Source of the DNA: Octopus vulgaris
Lineage: Eukaryota
Direction: 5' to 3'
Assembly: GCA_951406725.2 (NCBI GenBank)
Contig: OX597831.1
Coordinates: 68,882,001-68,946,000 of the forward strand
DNA length: 64,000 nt
The translations under genes and the position numbers were made by a program. The notes under the pieces were generated by a model that worked only from the letters and a program-made list of their open reading frames with translations, did no database searches and was not told where the DNA came from. Below, in pieces: positions 50,835 to 63,990 of the stretch; within the stretch, counting starts at the first letter, position 1, and each line of letters opens with the position of its first letter.

Positions 50835-53590
50835 AAAACACCTGATTGTTAGCAAGTGTTATCACTTACCTACTTCCAAAGAATAATGGAACTAGATTTC
50901 CCCAAAACTATTGGCCCATAACCTGTCTATCTACCACATAAAATTTTAACATGCTTCCTCTTGGAGAAAACATGCTTTTATAGAACAGAGTGATATTTTC
51001 CCCACTGAACAAAAAAGGGTTGATGGGGCTCATATGGATGCAAAGATCAACTTCTAATCAATAGAATGATCCTTGAGAACTGTGATAACAAATGCAGAAA
51101 TCTCAGTTCCACATAGATTGATTTGACAGCATATTGCATTCATGGATCTTGAAATCAGTGGATATCTTCAAAATTTTTCCTGTTATTTCAGACTTCCTGA
51201 AGCACAACATGTCAGTGTGGAATATAAATCTCCAAGTATACCACTCTAATGGAATACTGAATACAAACAATATTAATATCAACTGTGGCTTTTTCCAAGG
51301 TGATTCACTTTCACCTCTAATTTTGTACATAGTCCTAATGCCCCTTACAAGTGAAGCTAACAGAACAGGGTATGGGTATATAATTGACTACAAGAAAATA
51401 AACCATCCATTTTATATATGGATGACTTAAAACTTTATAGCAAAGATGATAATGAGCTTGAAAGTCTATTGTGTAATGTGAAAGCACTCACTGATGATAT
51501 TGAGATGGAATTTGACCTTGATAAATGTGCCAAGGCTACTTTCTAGAAAGGGAAATTGAAGACCTCACATTTAGTGGTGTTAGATGTTGGCAAAGTTATA
51601 AAACAACATGAGCAGGAACAAACTTACAAATACCTCAGAATAAATGAGGGCTCTGGTATTCAGCATGCAAGAATGAAACAGAAAATCAAGAAGGAATGTC
51701 ACAGAAGAGTCCCAAAATCTGAGTTAAATGTACACAACAAGGATTTAGCCTAAATTCCTTTGTAGTTCCAGTTGTTATTTACAGTTTCAATGTGTTGAAC
51801 TGGAATATGAGTGAAATAAGGAAGATTGACTGGAAAATCCGTAAGCTGTTGACTTGCAATAAGATGCACCACACAAAGGCAGATGCAGATCAACTTTACC
51901 TTCCAAAAGCCCGAGGAGGTCAAGGCTTGGTCCAATTTGACTGGCCAATATTTTGAAACATCTAACGACTTTACTTTTACTTTTTTTACTTTTACTTGTT
52001 TCAGTCATTTGACTGTGGCCATGCTGGAGCACCGCCTTTAGTCGAGCAAATCGACCCTGGGACTTATTCTTTGTAAGCCCAGTACTTATTCTATTGGTCT
52101 CTTTTGCCGAACCGCTAAGTGACAGGCACATAAACACACCAGCATCAGTTGTCAAGCAATGCTAGGGGGACAAACACTGACACACAAACATATACACATA
52201 CATACATACATATATATATATATATACACATATATACGACAGGCTTCTTTCAGTTTCCGTCTACCAAATCCACTCACAAGGCATTGGTCAGCCCGAGGCT
52301 ATAGCAGAAGACACTTGTCCAAGGTGCCACGCAGTGGGACTGAACCCGGAACCATGTGGTTGGTAAGCAAGCTACTTACCACACAGCCACTCCTGCGCCT
52401 GGATACTAAAACTTGTTAAAAACTATGAGAGACATAAGAAGCTTCATTCTGTCATGAAGAAGACCAAAAAATTTACCAGTGAGTGCATGCATAATATCTA
52501 GATTGAACAACAGGATGGAAATGAGGCTGCTGTTGTTGCAAAGAAGGTGAAATCAATGGCAAAGCAAAATGCGTTTGAACAATTGGCTGACAGGTGGGAA
52601 CAAAAACCTCTGCACGGTGAATATGTGGGCCATAGCAAAGAAGCTGATGTAGACCAGAAGCACACCCATCAGTGGCTATGAAGCTGAGGGTTAAAAGTAG
52701 AGAGTGAAGGCTTTATCTCAGCGGCTCAAGATCAGAGCTTATTGACCCGGAACTACCAAACCAGCATGATGAAAAATGCAAAAGACCCAAAGTGCCAATA
52801 CTGCACTGATGAGATTGAAACAGTGGACCACTTAATCTCTGGCTGTAAGGTTTTAGCATCAGTAGAGTATAAATTTAGATATGACAGAGTTGGCCAATAT
52901 CTACACTGGATAATATGTTGACTTTATGAAATCAAAACTGCTGACAAATGGTACGAGCACCATCCTAAGACTGTAACTGAGTGAGAAAATGTAATGATTC
53001 TCTGGGGCTTTCCAGTACATACAGACCAAATCATAAAAGCTAATAAACCAGATATTGTTGTGAAAGACCAAAACTATAAAATCTGTTTATTGATTGACAT
53101 GAGTATACCTTGTGGTCAAAATATCTCAGCAAAAGAATTTGATAAGCTCAGAAAATATAAAGATTTGCAGATTGAAATTGAAAAAGATGTGGCATCTCAA
53201 GACGGTTGCAATACCAGTGATTGTAGGAGCACTTGGAATGATCAAAAAGGGAACTGAAAATTATTTGAAGATGATCCCATCCGTGCAGGAAGTGCAGAAA
53301 ATTGACTTAACTGGTACGTCACATGTATTGAAAAGAGCATTGAATTTTCTTTCCTTTTCCCTCTTATTTTCTTTTTCATTTTTTCTTTTCTTTCCCTTCT
53401 TTCCTCTGTCTTTCTTCCTTTTTTCTATCACATGACTTTGTAAATAAACAAGCTGGTGTATTTATTTTGATGGCCTTCCAATGTACACAGTGAGTTTCTT
53501 TGGCCTAGGTTGAGAAGACACTCAGCAAGATATGGAAACAGAATTAAAAGAAGATAATGATAATAATAATGATGATGATGATGATGATAT
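50835..53590 (+). mobile_element. R4/Dong-clade (restriction-like endonuclease) LINE, 5'-truncated and decayed
   Basis: ITYLLPK..PITCL; GFFQGDSLSPL; YMDDLKL; DKC; CCHC (CQYC...ETVDHLISGC); KPDIVVKD..LIDMSIP..KEFDKLRKYKDL; ends in (TAA/TGA)n. Confidence 0.9.
51969..52399 (-). mobile_element. SINE family A nested in the Dong element
   Basis: Near-consensus copy. Confidence 0.9.
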
Positions 53591-53639
53591 TAAATTTTGG
53601 CACAATGCTAGCAAGTTCAGTCCTCAGGAGTCTCGTTGA

Positions 53640-54640
53640 TCCTAGTTGTTTGTTCCTTCTTGAGCCATGCCTGGCTCATAAGGCCTGGATGGGAGGCCGG
53701 TCCATTGCAGGTGGGTTGCAAGATGCAGGAGGAAAGAGAGAGAAAGCTGTGGCGAAAGAGTCAGCAGAAGTTCGCCATTACCTTCTGCCAGAGCCGCGTG
53801 GAGCTTAGGTGTTTCGCTCATAAACACACACATTGTCCGGATTCGAACCCGCGATCCCTCGACCACTCTATCCACTAGGTCATGTGCCTCCACAAATAAA
53901 TAAATGCGCCCTTTTAAAGCCTAGCCAGGCTCATGAGCCCAGTTTCCCGGTTTCTATAGCGTATGTGTTCCCCAGCTGGACGGACACCAGTCCATCGCAG
54001 CGTTACTCCTTTTTGCCAGCTGAGTGGACTGGAGCAATGTGAAATGAAGTGTTTTGCTCAAGAACACAACGCATCACCCGGTCCAGGAATCGAAACCACA
54101 ATCTTACGATGATGATGCTGACACCCTAACCACTAAGCCACGCGCCTCTACATTGATCTTAGTACTCAACTGGTACTTATTTTATCAACTGTGGAAGGGA
54201 TGAAAGGCAAAGTCGACTTCAGTGGAATTTGAACTGAGAATCTAGAGAGACCAAAGACATGCCACTAAGTATTTTGTGTGACACACTAATGATAAACCAA
54301 CGATTTTGAGGGGAAGATTTTGTTAGTTACATTGGCAATGGTATTTGACCGATACTTAATTTTATTGACTCTGAAAAGAGGAAAGGCAAAGTTGATCTTA
54401 ACATGAATTAAACCCAAAATGTGAAGAACTAGAAGGAATACTGCTTTGTATTTTTTTGGATACTCATACTATTCTCTCAGCTCAAGTGTAGTGACACTAG
54501 CAAATTTGGGTGTAGTGGTCAGTCAATAACATCGACCTCAGTACTTGCCTGATATTTATTTTATTGAACTGACAGAAATATTGCCAGGCATTTTATCTCG
54601 ATGCTTTAACGATTTTGCCAGCTCACCAATAACAAGATAG
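53640..54640 (-). mobile_element. SINE cluster (D-like 53640-53891, C 53894-54149, B fragments to 54640)
   Basis: tRNA heads and family motifs. Confidence 0.75.
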
Positions 54641-56754
54641 TCAGATAGTTGTAAGCCATAAATATAATTGTCCAAAGAGATGGGTAATGTGGAACTCCGA
54701 GTAATGATTTGTCTACTCATAAATTATATGCGTATGTTTGTGTGCCTGTGTATGTGTCTAGAAACGGAAATTACAAGTTTGATTGTAATTTACAATTCTT
54801 ATCTTCATGTCTTGCAGGTTGTAGTGGTCCAAAACTTACTTACTGGGCATAATTCTTGTTAATAAACTGGCTTTGAACATAGTCTTCTAAAATTTGATTT
54901 TGATATCATAAAACAATTTGAGATTGCCCAAAGCAAAATTGATGTCTGTCTCTCACACTGTCCCTTCCTCTCCTCCACCCCCACCCCACGCCACTGTCTC
55001 TCTTTCAGTCACCATCTTTGTTTTCTGAAATACCATGTCTGTCTGTTAGTCTGTCTGTTTCTCTCTCTCTCTCCTTACCCCCTCTCTCCCTCTCTTTCTC
55101 CCTCTCGTCTCTCTCAGCATCCTTGAAATATGTCTGCTACAACTCCTTTTACACAGAGAAAAATTATTTCTCAGGAAATATGTTGGAAATGAATAATTTA
55201 GCATTATCGCCATCATTCTCATCATTGTTGTTGATGATGTCATCATCATCTTTGACGTGGTTATCATCGTCATCATCACAAACTTTCATAAAGATTTAAC
55301 AAAAACTAACCTGTATAAAATGTGCATAACCAGAATTTCAACCTGTGGTTCTTAATCATTGAAATATATCCACCAATAGCAGACTAATTTATGACAAAAA
55401 TTACATTTAAAATTTACATATAAATATAAATATATTCATATATGTTTGTGTTTTCTTCAGTTTGGGATTTGTATTTTAATGTGGTTCTGTATCATATTTG
55501 TATCATATACATATGTGTTATATATGTAATTATTAAATTCAAATCTCAGCTTTCATGGACTATTTATGTAAAGCATCAATTATAAGCCAAAACTTGGCTC
55601 GATCTGTAAGTAAAACAAAATTATGATAATATATTTATAGCCAAAGACTTCTACTTGTATCGATCAGGGAACTCCATTTACCTGAATTGTTGTTTTTCTG
55701 AGTTCCTTAAATCTTCTACAAGGAGTTTCTGTGTTTTATTGGGCAAGTGAGGGAGCTGAAATATAATATTCTGTTGTGTCTGGAGAGAGTCATTCTCTTT
55801 TAGAGCCTTATTATTTAACTGGTAAAATTTCCACTTATTTCTTATTTTTATTTTCTAAAATTTTTGTTGCATGTTGCAACCTTTTCAATAGTCTTGACTC
55901 TGTCCATTATTTACACTGCGTTCCCTTTTGTTTGTTTGTGTGCATGTGTGTGGGTCAGTGTGTGTGTGCCTATACATGCATGCATGTACGTATGTATGTG
56001 TGTGTTTGCATGTGTATTTATGTTTATATGTGTGTGTATGCAAGATTCTTTTTTATGTTATTGAAAATGTGATCCCATTTACTTCTAGAATCATACATTA
56101 TCTGGATATTCTTTGAATAATACTGTATAAGCATTTGATTAGAATTTTGTTATTCTTGTGAATTATTGTGAATATCATTTCATTTAGATAGGAAATTTTA
56201 ATTACCTTCACCTCACAGTACATGGATTCTCCAAAAGTAATGGGTTCTTCATCAGTGAAGAGAATTTTTTCTTCACAAGTGTACTCCACCTCACATTTCA
56301 AAAGCCATTTTTATTTTTTCTTCAGTTTTTCATAAATACATTTGGAGTAGTATGTGTGTGCTTACTGCTATTGTGTATATCCATTATTTCTATTTTTACA
56401 ACCTGTCCTCTCAGTCAGTTGAAATTCTATGTTAAATGAGTTTTTTTATTGTTCGTTGGTACTATTAATAATTTGTGCTGCTGTAAAAATAATAGCAATT
56501 TACTGTTTGTTTTGGTGAATGTAAAGTACATTACATTGCACATTTTCAGGTTTCTTGGGGGTTGAAGCTGACAAAAAATATTCATGAACAATTTTGGAAG
56601 AAATAAATTTTGCTCTAAAATAAAACACAAACTTTATTTTTCTTTTGTCAGACTCTCTGGGAGGGAGAAACCAATCCTTTGGAGAATTTTTAGCAAAGAA
56701 GTATATTTTGGTAAAACAACTTGTAAATAACATCTACTTCATCTGCAGTGAATA

Positions 56755-57272
56755 ATAATAATGCTCAATACCACAGATTTCCTTGTCAGTTGTTTGATTT
56801 TCATGTACATTGTTTTGTCTTGATATAAAAGATGGGTTACAGAAAATTTTCTGCTCAATACTACAGATTTGTTTGTCAGATGTTTGACCTTAACCACTTG
56901 AGTATGTCCCTTAGTGGCTGACAATATGTGCATCTCTGATCATGTGCAGAAGAAGTCGGGGAGCATCTCAGTCATGTGTTGAGAGGAATTCTTTTGGGTT
57001 TGGATAATTCACGTCTGGAAGCATGGGTGTTTCATTCAACATCATTAAATAACCCTTTTGAGTGAGATGGGCTGCTCAACTTGGAGAAAATTCTTACTAG
57101 GCCCCACCTGCAAGGTCATGTGCTGTTAACCTTGATATGAGATTACCATGCCGTGCACATATGGTTGTGATAGATGTACCTGGTGTACCCTTATCAGATG
57201 GGTAGGCATGATGTGTATACTGGGCTTCATATATTTTACCTCAGTGTCACTTTGATGGCATGAACTGCTCTC
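56755..57272. repeat. Unclassified interspersed repeat, possibly a LINE 3' UTR
   Basis: Internal duplication tgctcaatacyacagatt; higher GC than the flanks. Confidence 0.35.
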
Positions 57273-57995
57273 AAGGAAAAAAAAAATCCTTTCTGCTACA
57301 GGCACAAGATGAAAGGCAAAGTTGACCATGACAGAATTTGAACACAGAACTTAAGGATGGGTGAAATAGTGCTAAGCATTTCACCCAGCTTCCAAATGAT
57401 TCTGACAGCTTGCCACTTTAATAATGATGACGATGATGATGATGACGATAACGGTGATGACAATAACGAGAGCTTAACCTCCCTGATTATGATGATAAGA
57501 TGGACAAACCAACCACTAAGGCAGCAAAAAAAAAATATAAAACAAAAGCCAAACAGGAAAACTTGCAGGAAATATCAAGATTGTGGAAAGAAAAACCATT
57601 GTGTGGGTAATACCCCAAATGAGCTGAGAAGCTTATGTAGATGTAAGAAGAAGCCATCAGTGGCTGCAGAGTGTTTGAAAGCCAAAACAGAAGGATTCAT
57701 CCTAGCAGCACAAGATCAGAGTCTCCTCACCCAGAACTATCAAGCTAATGTCACACACAATGAGGCAGACACAATGTGTAGACTCTGCAATGTCAAACCT
57801 GAGAGTATTGACCACATTATTGCCAGTTGCTCGGTCATTGCCCCTACAGAATATAAAACCAAGTACGATCAAGTTGGCCAATACTTGCACTGGAGCATAT
57901 GCTATCACTATGGTATCTTGCACCCTAAGAACTGGTATGAACACCATTCAGAGTCAGTCACTGAGGTAGAGAATGTTACCATCCTATGGAATTAT

Positions 57996-58538
57996 CTTTT
58001 TCTCCCCTTGTTTCTCTCCTTGTTTTTTCTGTGTCCCTTTCCGTAGAAGAGCATAGGCTTGAAACATAAAAGACTTTTTCTATTCCTGAGTAGAGTGGCT
58101 GTGTGGTAAGTAGCTTACTTATGAACCACATGGTTCTGGGTTCAGTCCCACAGCGTGGCACCTTGGGCAAGTGTCTTCTACTATAGCCTCGGGCCGACCA
58201 AAGCCTTGTGAGTGGATTTATTAGACGGAAACTGAAAGAAGCCCGTTGTATATATGTATATGTGTGTATATGTTTGTGTGTCTGTGTTTTTCCCCCCAAC
58301 ATCGCTTGACAATCGATGCTGGTGTGTTTGCATCCCCACAACTTAGCGGTTCGGCAAAAGAGACCAATAGAATAAGTACTAGGCTTACAATGAATAAGTC
58401 CTGGGGTCGATTTGTTTGACTAAAGGCGGTGCTCCAGCATGGCCACAGTCAAATGACTGAAACAAATAAAAGAGTATACATCTGTTTGTTTTGTACACCA
58501 CCTGTCTTTGTCTTTTGTTTTTTTTCGTAAACTCTCCC
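57996..58538 (+). mobile_element. PLE pLTR fragment (HHR at 58035-58075) split by a family A SINE (58092-58475, +)
   Basis: 13-bp TSD CCTATGGrATTAT at 57983-57995 and 58537-58549. Confidence 0.8.
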
Positions 58539-58646
58539 TATGGGATTATTAGATACATACAGACAGGCAAATAAGTGCCTGACACGCCAGACATCGTCAT
58601 CAAAGATGTAAAACAAAAACATGCCTGTTAATTGACATGAGAGTAC

Positions 58647-59064
58647 CTACTCTTTACTCTTTACTCTTTTACTTGTTTCAGTCATTTGACTATGGCCATG
58701 CAGGAGCACCGCCTTTAATCGAGCAACTCGACCCCGGGACTTATTCTTTTTTGTAAGCCCAGTACTTATTCTATTGGTCTCTTTTGCCGAACCGCTAAGT
58801 AACGGGGACATAAACACACCAGCATCGGTTGTCAAGTAATGCTAGGGGGACAAACACAGACACACAAACACACACACATATATATATATATACATATATA
58901 CGACAGGCTTCATTCAGTTTCCGTCTACCAAATCCACTCACAAGGCATTGGTCAGCCCGGGGCTATAGCAGAAGACACTTGCCCAAGATGCCACGCAGTG
59001 GGACTGAACCTGGAACCATGTGGTTGGTTAGCAAGCTACTTACCACACAGCCACTCCTGCGCCT
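58647..59064 (-). mobile_element. SINE family A, full length
   Basis: TSD cctact within the Dong frame. Confidence 0.9.
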
Positions 59065-59394
59065 ACTGATAGAAAATCTCTGAAAAGGAATTTGAAAAAC
59101 TGTTGAAACATAAGAACCTTGATATTGGATATGTAGGACGTGGCAATTAAAAACCAAAACTATCCCTGTTGTTGTAGGTGCCCTGGGAATGATCAAGAAA
59201 GGTACTGACAAATTTTCGACCAGATTCCCGGGAAACCAACAATGCATGAGACTCAAAAAATTGTGTTGACATCAACTGGCCTCATTCTTAGGAAGTTTCT
59301 CTCCATCTAATATATATGTACCTTAGGTCTGTCTGAGATCTGGTCAGAAGATGAAATAAAATGCAATTCAATCAGAAAATGATAATAATAATAA

Positions 59395-59600
59395 TCCTTT
59401 CTACTAAGAGCACAAGACCTGAAATATTGACTAGTCAATTACATTGACCCCAGTGTTTCACTGGTACTTAATATATTGACCCCAAAAGGATGAAAGGCAA
59501 AGTCGACCTTGGTGGAGTTTGAACTCAAAATGTAAAGATGGATGAAATGTTGCTAAGCATTTTGATTGGCATGCTAACCATTCTGCCAGTTCGCCACCTT
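59395..59600 (-). mobile_element. SINE family B
   Basis: Family motifs; further copies at 57290-57420, 60535-60730 and 61330-61460. Confidence 0.8.
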
Positions 59601-59610
59601 AATAATAATA

Positions 59611-59651
<41 letters not shown>

Positions 59652-60779
59652 CTCGATGTGAGAGTAGTGAATCTTGATGTGAGAATAATGAGTTTACCCT
59701 TAATCATAATGACCTTCAGGTCACCTTCGGGCAAGTAGTTGTACCTGTTAGCCCACTCCAACAATATGAAATACCAGGTTGGCATCTGGCTGGATAAAGT
59801 CTGTTTCATGGGGTGTGAGTGCCTCTTTAGCCTTGGTCAGCAACCTCTCTAGAGATGGTGTCTTAATAAAAACACTGGAGATACTGGTGGTTGTGTCACC
59901 TTATCCCCACAACCCTCACCATGAGTGAAAATGTCAAATACAAATGTGTATTATATGATGACTTGAATAAGGTTGGAACTGATAACAATGAAAGTCTCTT
60001 GCCTGGAAGGTAGCCTACTGCCCAGTGGGGTTAGCTCAGTCATCATCGAGCTACTGTAGTATGAAAGAAAAGAAGAAAGATCTACTGGAACACACTGGAT
60101 GCAACAAATTGGACAGAATGAGAGAGGTAATTCCAGTTGTTTTAGGTGCCTTAGGTACCATCACCTAGCAATTCCCTTATTGAAATTGGTGTAACTATGA
60201 GAGTTGCATGATTTCAGAAATCTACTTTATTGGGAACAGTAAGGAATGTAAGAAAGGTCCTTGATGTCTAAGGAAACTGGCTGTGACCCACTAGCAAGGA
60301 CATTGATTCCAAATGTAAAACATTCGTGTACATTATGAATAATAATAATAACCTGGCAAGTGGAATGGGTGGGGGGCTGGTGCGCATTGATGCCATTGAG
60401 AGGTAGGCCCCAAAATGACACGCATTCTCTCCTGATGACCCCATACACTTGCTGGCGTCCAGTATGTGGAGCTTTCAACTGGTAGCACTCGCATGTGCAA
60501 GTTGTTTGCAAAACATATAATGATGATAATAATGTTTTCAAATATGGGCACAAGGCCACAAATTCAGAGAGGGGTAAGTTGATTACATTGACCCCCAATG
60601 ATTAACCGCTATTCTTTTTATTGATCCAGAAGGATATGAATGGTAAAGTCTACCTTAGTGGAATTTGAACTCAGAAAGTAAAGCTGAACAAATGCCACTA
60701 AGCTAACGGTTTTGCTTGCTTGCCGCCTTAATAATAATAATAATAGGAATATAATGCCTGGCCTTTATAATAATAATAA

Positions 60780-61325
60780 TAAAGGCCAGACATTATTTTG
60801 TAGGATTTCAAACAAAAATCATACTTCCTCATTGATATGATTGTCCCAATCGACACAAATGTATCTGTCAAGACCTACCAAAAACTGAGCAAGTATAAAG
60901 ATCTTGAAATAGAAATTGGCAAAATGTGGAACCTCAAGACAAAAACAATACCTGTTGTCATAGGTGCCCTAGGAATGATAGCAAAAAGGGGGTTGAATGC
61001 TACCTAGCACTGGTACCAGAAAATCCCAAAATAGTGCTCATGAGAACTGCCCATATCTTATGTAAAATATAAACACCTTTTATGGTCATCTTAACATTAG
61101 ACAATCAAATTACTTTTAAAACAGACTTCTAATTTACTCATGTTTTGACAAACATTCTCTAAAATAATACTCTGTGCAAAACTAAATATATGGCACCTTA
61201 GTCATAACACCAACCTGCACTTCTAACTTGTTGTCTCTTGAGGTCTCTGGGTGAGACTTGGAGTCAACTTATACAAATACAAAGCAAAAGCCAAACATAT
61301 AACAACAACAACAATGATAATGATA
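60780..61325 (+). mobile_element. R4/Dong LINE 3' end
   Basis: RPDII...LIDMIVPIDTNVSVKTYQKLSKYKDLEIEIGKMWNLKTKTIPVVIGALGMI; flanked by (TAA)n. Confidence 0.85.
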
Positions 61326-61459
61326 ATCCATTCTAATATAGGCACAAGGCCTGACAATTGAGGGTAGGAGGCTAGTTGATTACATTAATTTCAGTGCTCA
61401 GCTGGTGCTTATTTCATCAACCTCAAAAGGGTGAAAGCCAAAGTTAACTCAGAAAGTAA

Positions 61460-62243
61460 AATCGGACACAGAATGTGTATCGTTAGCCAGCTGGAGGAGA
61501 TGTCTTCCTGGGGCTATAAACATCAGTAGCACTGTCCCGTATAGGACACCACACTTGGTTGGCAATTATATGTTATGATTCCATATTGCTGCTGTTTACA
61601 TCTCACTCAGAGATTTTATATAGCTTATTTCTCCTTTTTCGAGATCAGCAATGATTCATCGCTGGAAAAAGCATAAAGTATTTTGTGAGTGGGATGAGTT
61701 TTCATCACTAGCTGGTGATTAACACCTGCTGAGGATGGGTAACCACCCCGAAACTCGAGTCCGTGTGGATCACGTAAGGCTAGGGATAGGAGCAATGACC
61801 TCCCCTCACAAATACTAACCAGACACAGAATGTGTGTCATTAGCCAGCTGGAGGAGATGTCTTCCTGGGGCTATAAATGTCAGTAGCACTATCCTATATA
61901 GGACGTCACTCTTGGTTGGCAATCATATGTTATGATTCCATATCACTACTATTTATATCTCACTCAGAGATTTAATATAGCTTTTCATTAGTTTTTTGAG
62001 ATCAGTGACCACCCAGAATCTTGAGTCCGTGGGTATCCCGTAAGGCTAGGGATGAGAGAGATGACCTCCCCTCACAAATACTAATTGGACACAGAACGTG
62101 TGTCATTAGCCAGCTGGAGGTGTCTTCCTAGGGCTATAAACGTCAGTAGCACTGTCCTGTATAGGACACCACACTTGGTTGGCAATTATATGTTACTATT
62201 CCGTATCGCTATTGTTTGCTTCATGCTCAGAGTTTTAATATAG
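61460..62243 (+). mobile_element. 357-bp tandem HHR repeat (units of 357, 266 and a partial one)
   Basis: gacacagaa landmarks at 61465, 61822 and 62088. Confidence 0.8.
61722..61767 (+). ncRNA. Type I hammerhead ribozyme motif
   Basis: acacctg-CTGAGGA-t-GGGT(aacc)ACCC-c-GAAA-C(tcga)GTC-cgtgt. Confidence 0.7.
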
Positions 62244-62724
62244 TATATATATCTTTGTAATGTTGTTTCAATACATTAAAGAATTGTGTGATAATGCATA
62301 GACAAAGGATTGAGTCTATCAAATAATTAGGATTTAGATTACTGATACTGTTAATTACAATATGTTAAATTTGGGTCTTCTCCAGCTGCAAGATAATTCG
62401 TCTCACCATTGTATGTATTGTACAACTTCCAGCTGACTGTGTTTGTTTTAGACAATCTGTACTTGGTATCTATCAACCTTGATGCATATCTCAAAATCCT
62501 GGTCTGTAAACGACAATGAAACTATCTCACTGTGCATAGCAATCAATAACAATAAAACTCATGTATTGGCAACTTATTTCAATCACAGGTTTGTCACTCT
62601 TCAAACTGCTGGAAATTGGATGTATCTAACTTCAAAATATTTGTCATTTACTGAATGAAAACACTTAATTACAACCATTAAATTAGTGTTATTTATAATG
62701 AATTGGATATAATTTCCTTTTAAT

Positions 62725-63136
62725 GTCTCTTTACTCTTTACTCTTTTACTTGTTTCAGTCATTTGACTGTGGCCATGCTGGAGCACTGCCTTTAATTGAG
62801 CAACTTGACCCCGGGACTTATTCTTTGTAAGCCCAGTACTTATTCTATCAGTCTCTTTTGCCGAACCGCTAAGTGACGGGGACATAAACACACCAGCATC
62901 GGTTGTCAAGCAATGCTAGGGGGACAAACATTCATACACGCACATACACATATACACATATATACATATATACGACAGGCTTCTTTCAGTTTCCGTCTAC
63001 CAAATCCACTCACAAGGCTTTGGTCGGCCTGAGGTTATAGTAGAAGACACTTGCCCAAGGTGCCACGCAGTGGGACTGAACCTGGAACCATGTGGTTGGT
63101 AAACAAGCTACTTACCACACAGCCATTCCTGCGCCT
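62725..63136 (-). mobile_element. SINE family A, full length
   Basis: Near-consensus copy. Confidence 0.9.
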
Positions 63137-63429
63137 AATTAGACACTCCTGTGTCTAATAATTATTATTTATAGTTTTAGCCTTGGTTGGTACTGCGTAT
63201 CAGTCCTACTAAAAATGAACATCTCTTATATGTATGCATGTATGTAAGTATATGCACACATGTTCGTATATAAGCATGGTTATCATTGCAGGTGCGGATC
63301 TTATTACATTCTACTTCTTGTATATTTTAAATATGAGAGTTGAATCAAAAGTAAAGCAGAAGTAGTCTGAACTTTATTAATTAAAAGAAATCATTGAAAT
63401 TACATCTGATTGTAAACTATCTTCTCTTA

Positions 63430-63990
63430 TACAAATGTCAGCTCCATAACCTCCTTGACAAATAATGTATTTGCACCACCGTTGAATTCAACACCCAAAT
63501 CCTCTTTGAAGAGCAGATTTCTATCTTTCTCTTCTTCAAAAACTGTGTCAACTACTGAAGTAACCTCTTTGTATACGTGTCCAAACACCTAAAGTCTTCC
63601 ACTATCTCCTGTAATATTTTGTAGTGACAATCTCAATGGTTCAGTAACCTCATGGATTGTTATTTATCTGTCATGCAAATCAATTAATTCACTGCCAAGT
63701 GGTTCATGCCAAAAGTTGAAGCTAATAGTTTCTCACTGAATGGTTTGTCTTTAATGTCGTTTTCCCCTACTTTAAAACTCTTCATCCATCTGTCCATATT
63801 GTCCTTGTCAATGGTGTCATCTCCATAAACAATTTGTATCCTTATCTATAGAGATATCAGAGAGTCTGCAGCACTTCTTCGTCTAGAATGGTGGCATCTT
63901 TCTTCTGCTCAGAATCTATTATCATTATTTATGATTCCATTTCAACTGAAGACTACAGGATCATAAAAACTGCTTCCCTAACATCACATG
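63430..63990 (-). mobile_element. Mariner transposase N-terminal relic
   Basis: IQIVYGDDTIDKDNMDRWMKSFKVGENDIKDKPFS resembles the mariner HTH motif VYG.......V.RW...FK.G...D..RSGRP. Confidence 0.7.

Larger units (their letters stand above)
57530..59395 (+). mobile_element. R4/Dong LINE 3' part with three nested insertions
   Basis: LKAKTEGFILAAQDQSL...CRLC...ESIDHIIASC...TILW(D)Y...PDIVIKD...IDMRVPTDR...IPVVVGALGMI; ends in (TAA)n. Confidence 0.85.

Noticed and set aside
54800-54870. Possible terminal exon (tcttgcAG ... AATAAA)
   Set aside because: Such motifs are common by chance in AT-rich DNA; no coding support
57357-58046. 229-aa ORF as a host gene
   Set aside because: Chance fusion of SINE, microsatellite, Dong LINE and pLTR sequence
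60425-60480. CTGATGA followed by a hairpin as a hammerhead
   Set aside because: No GAAA after the stem and no stem III/NUH
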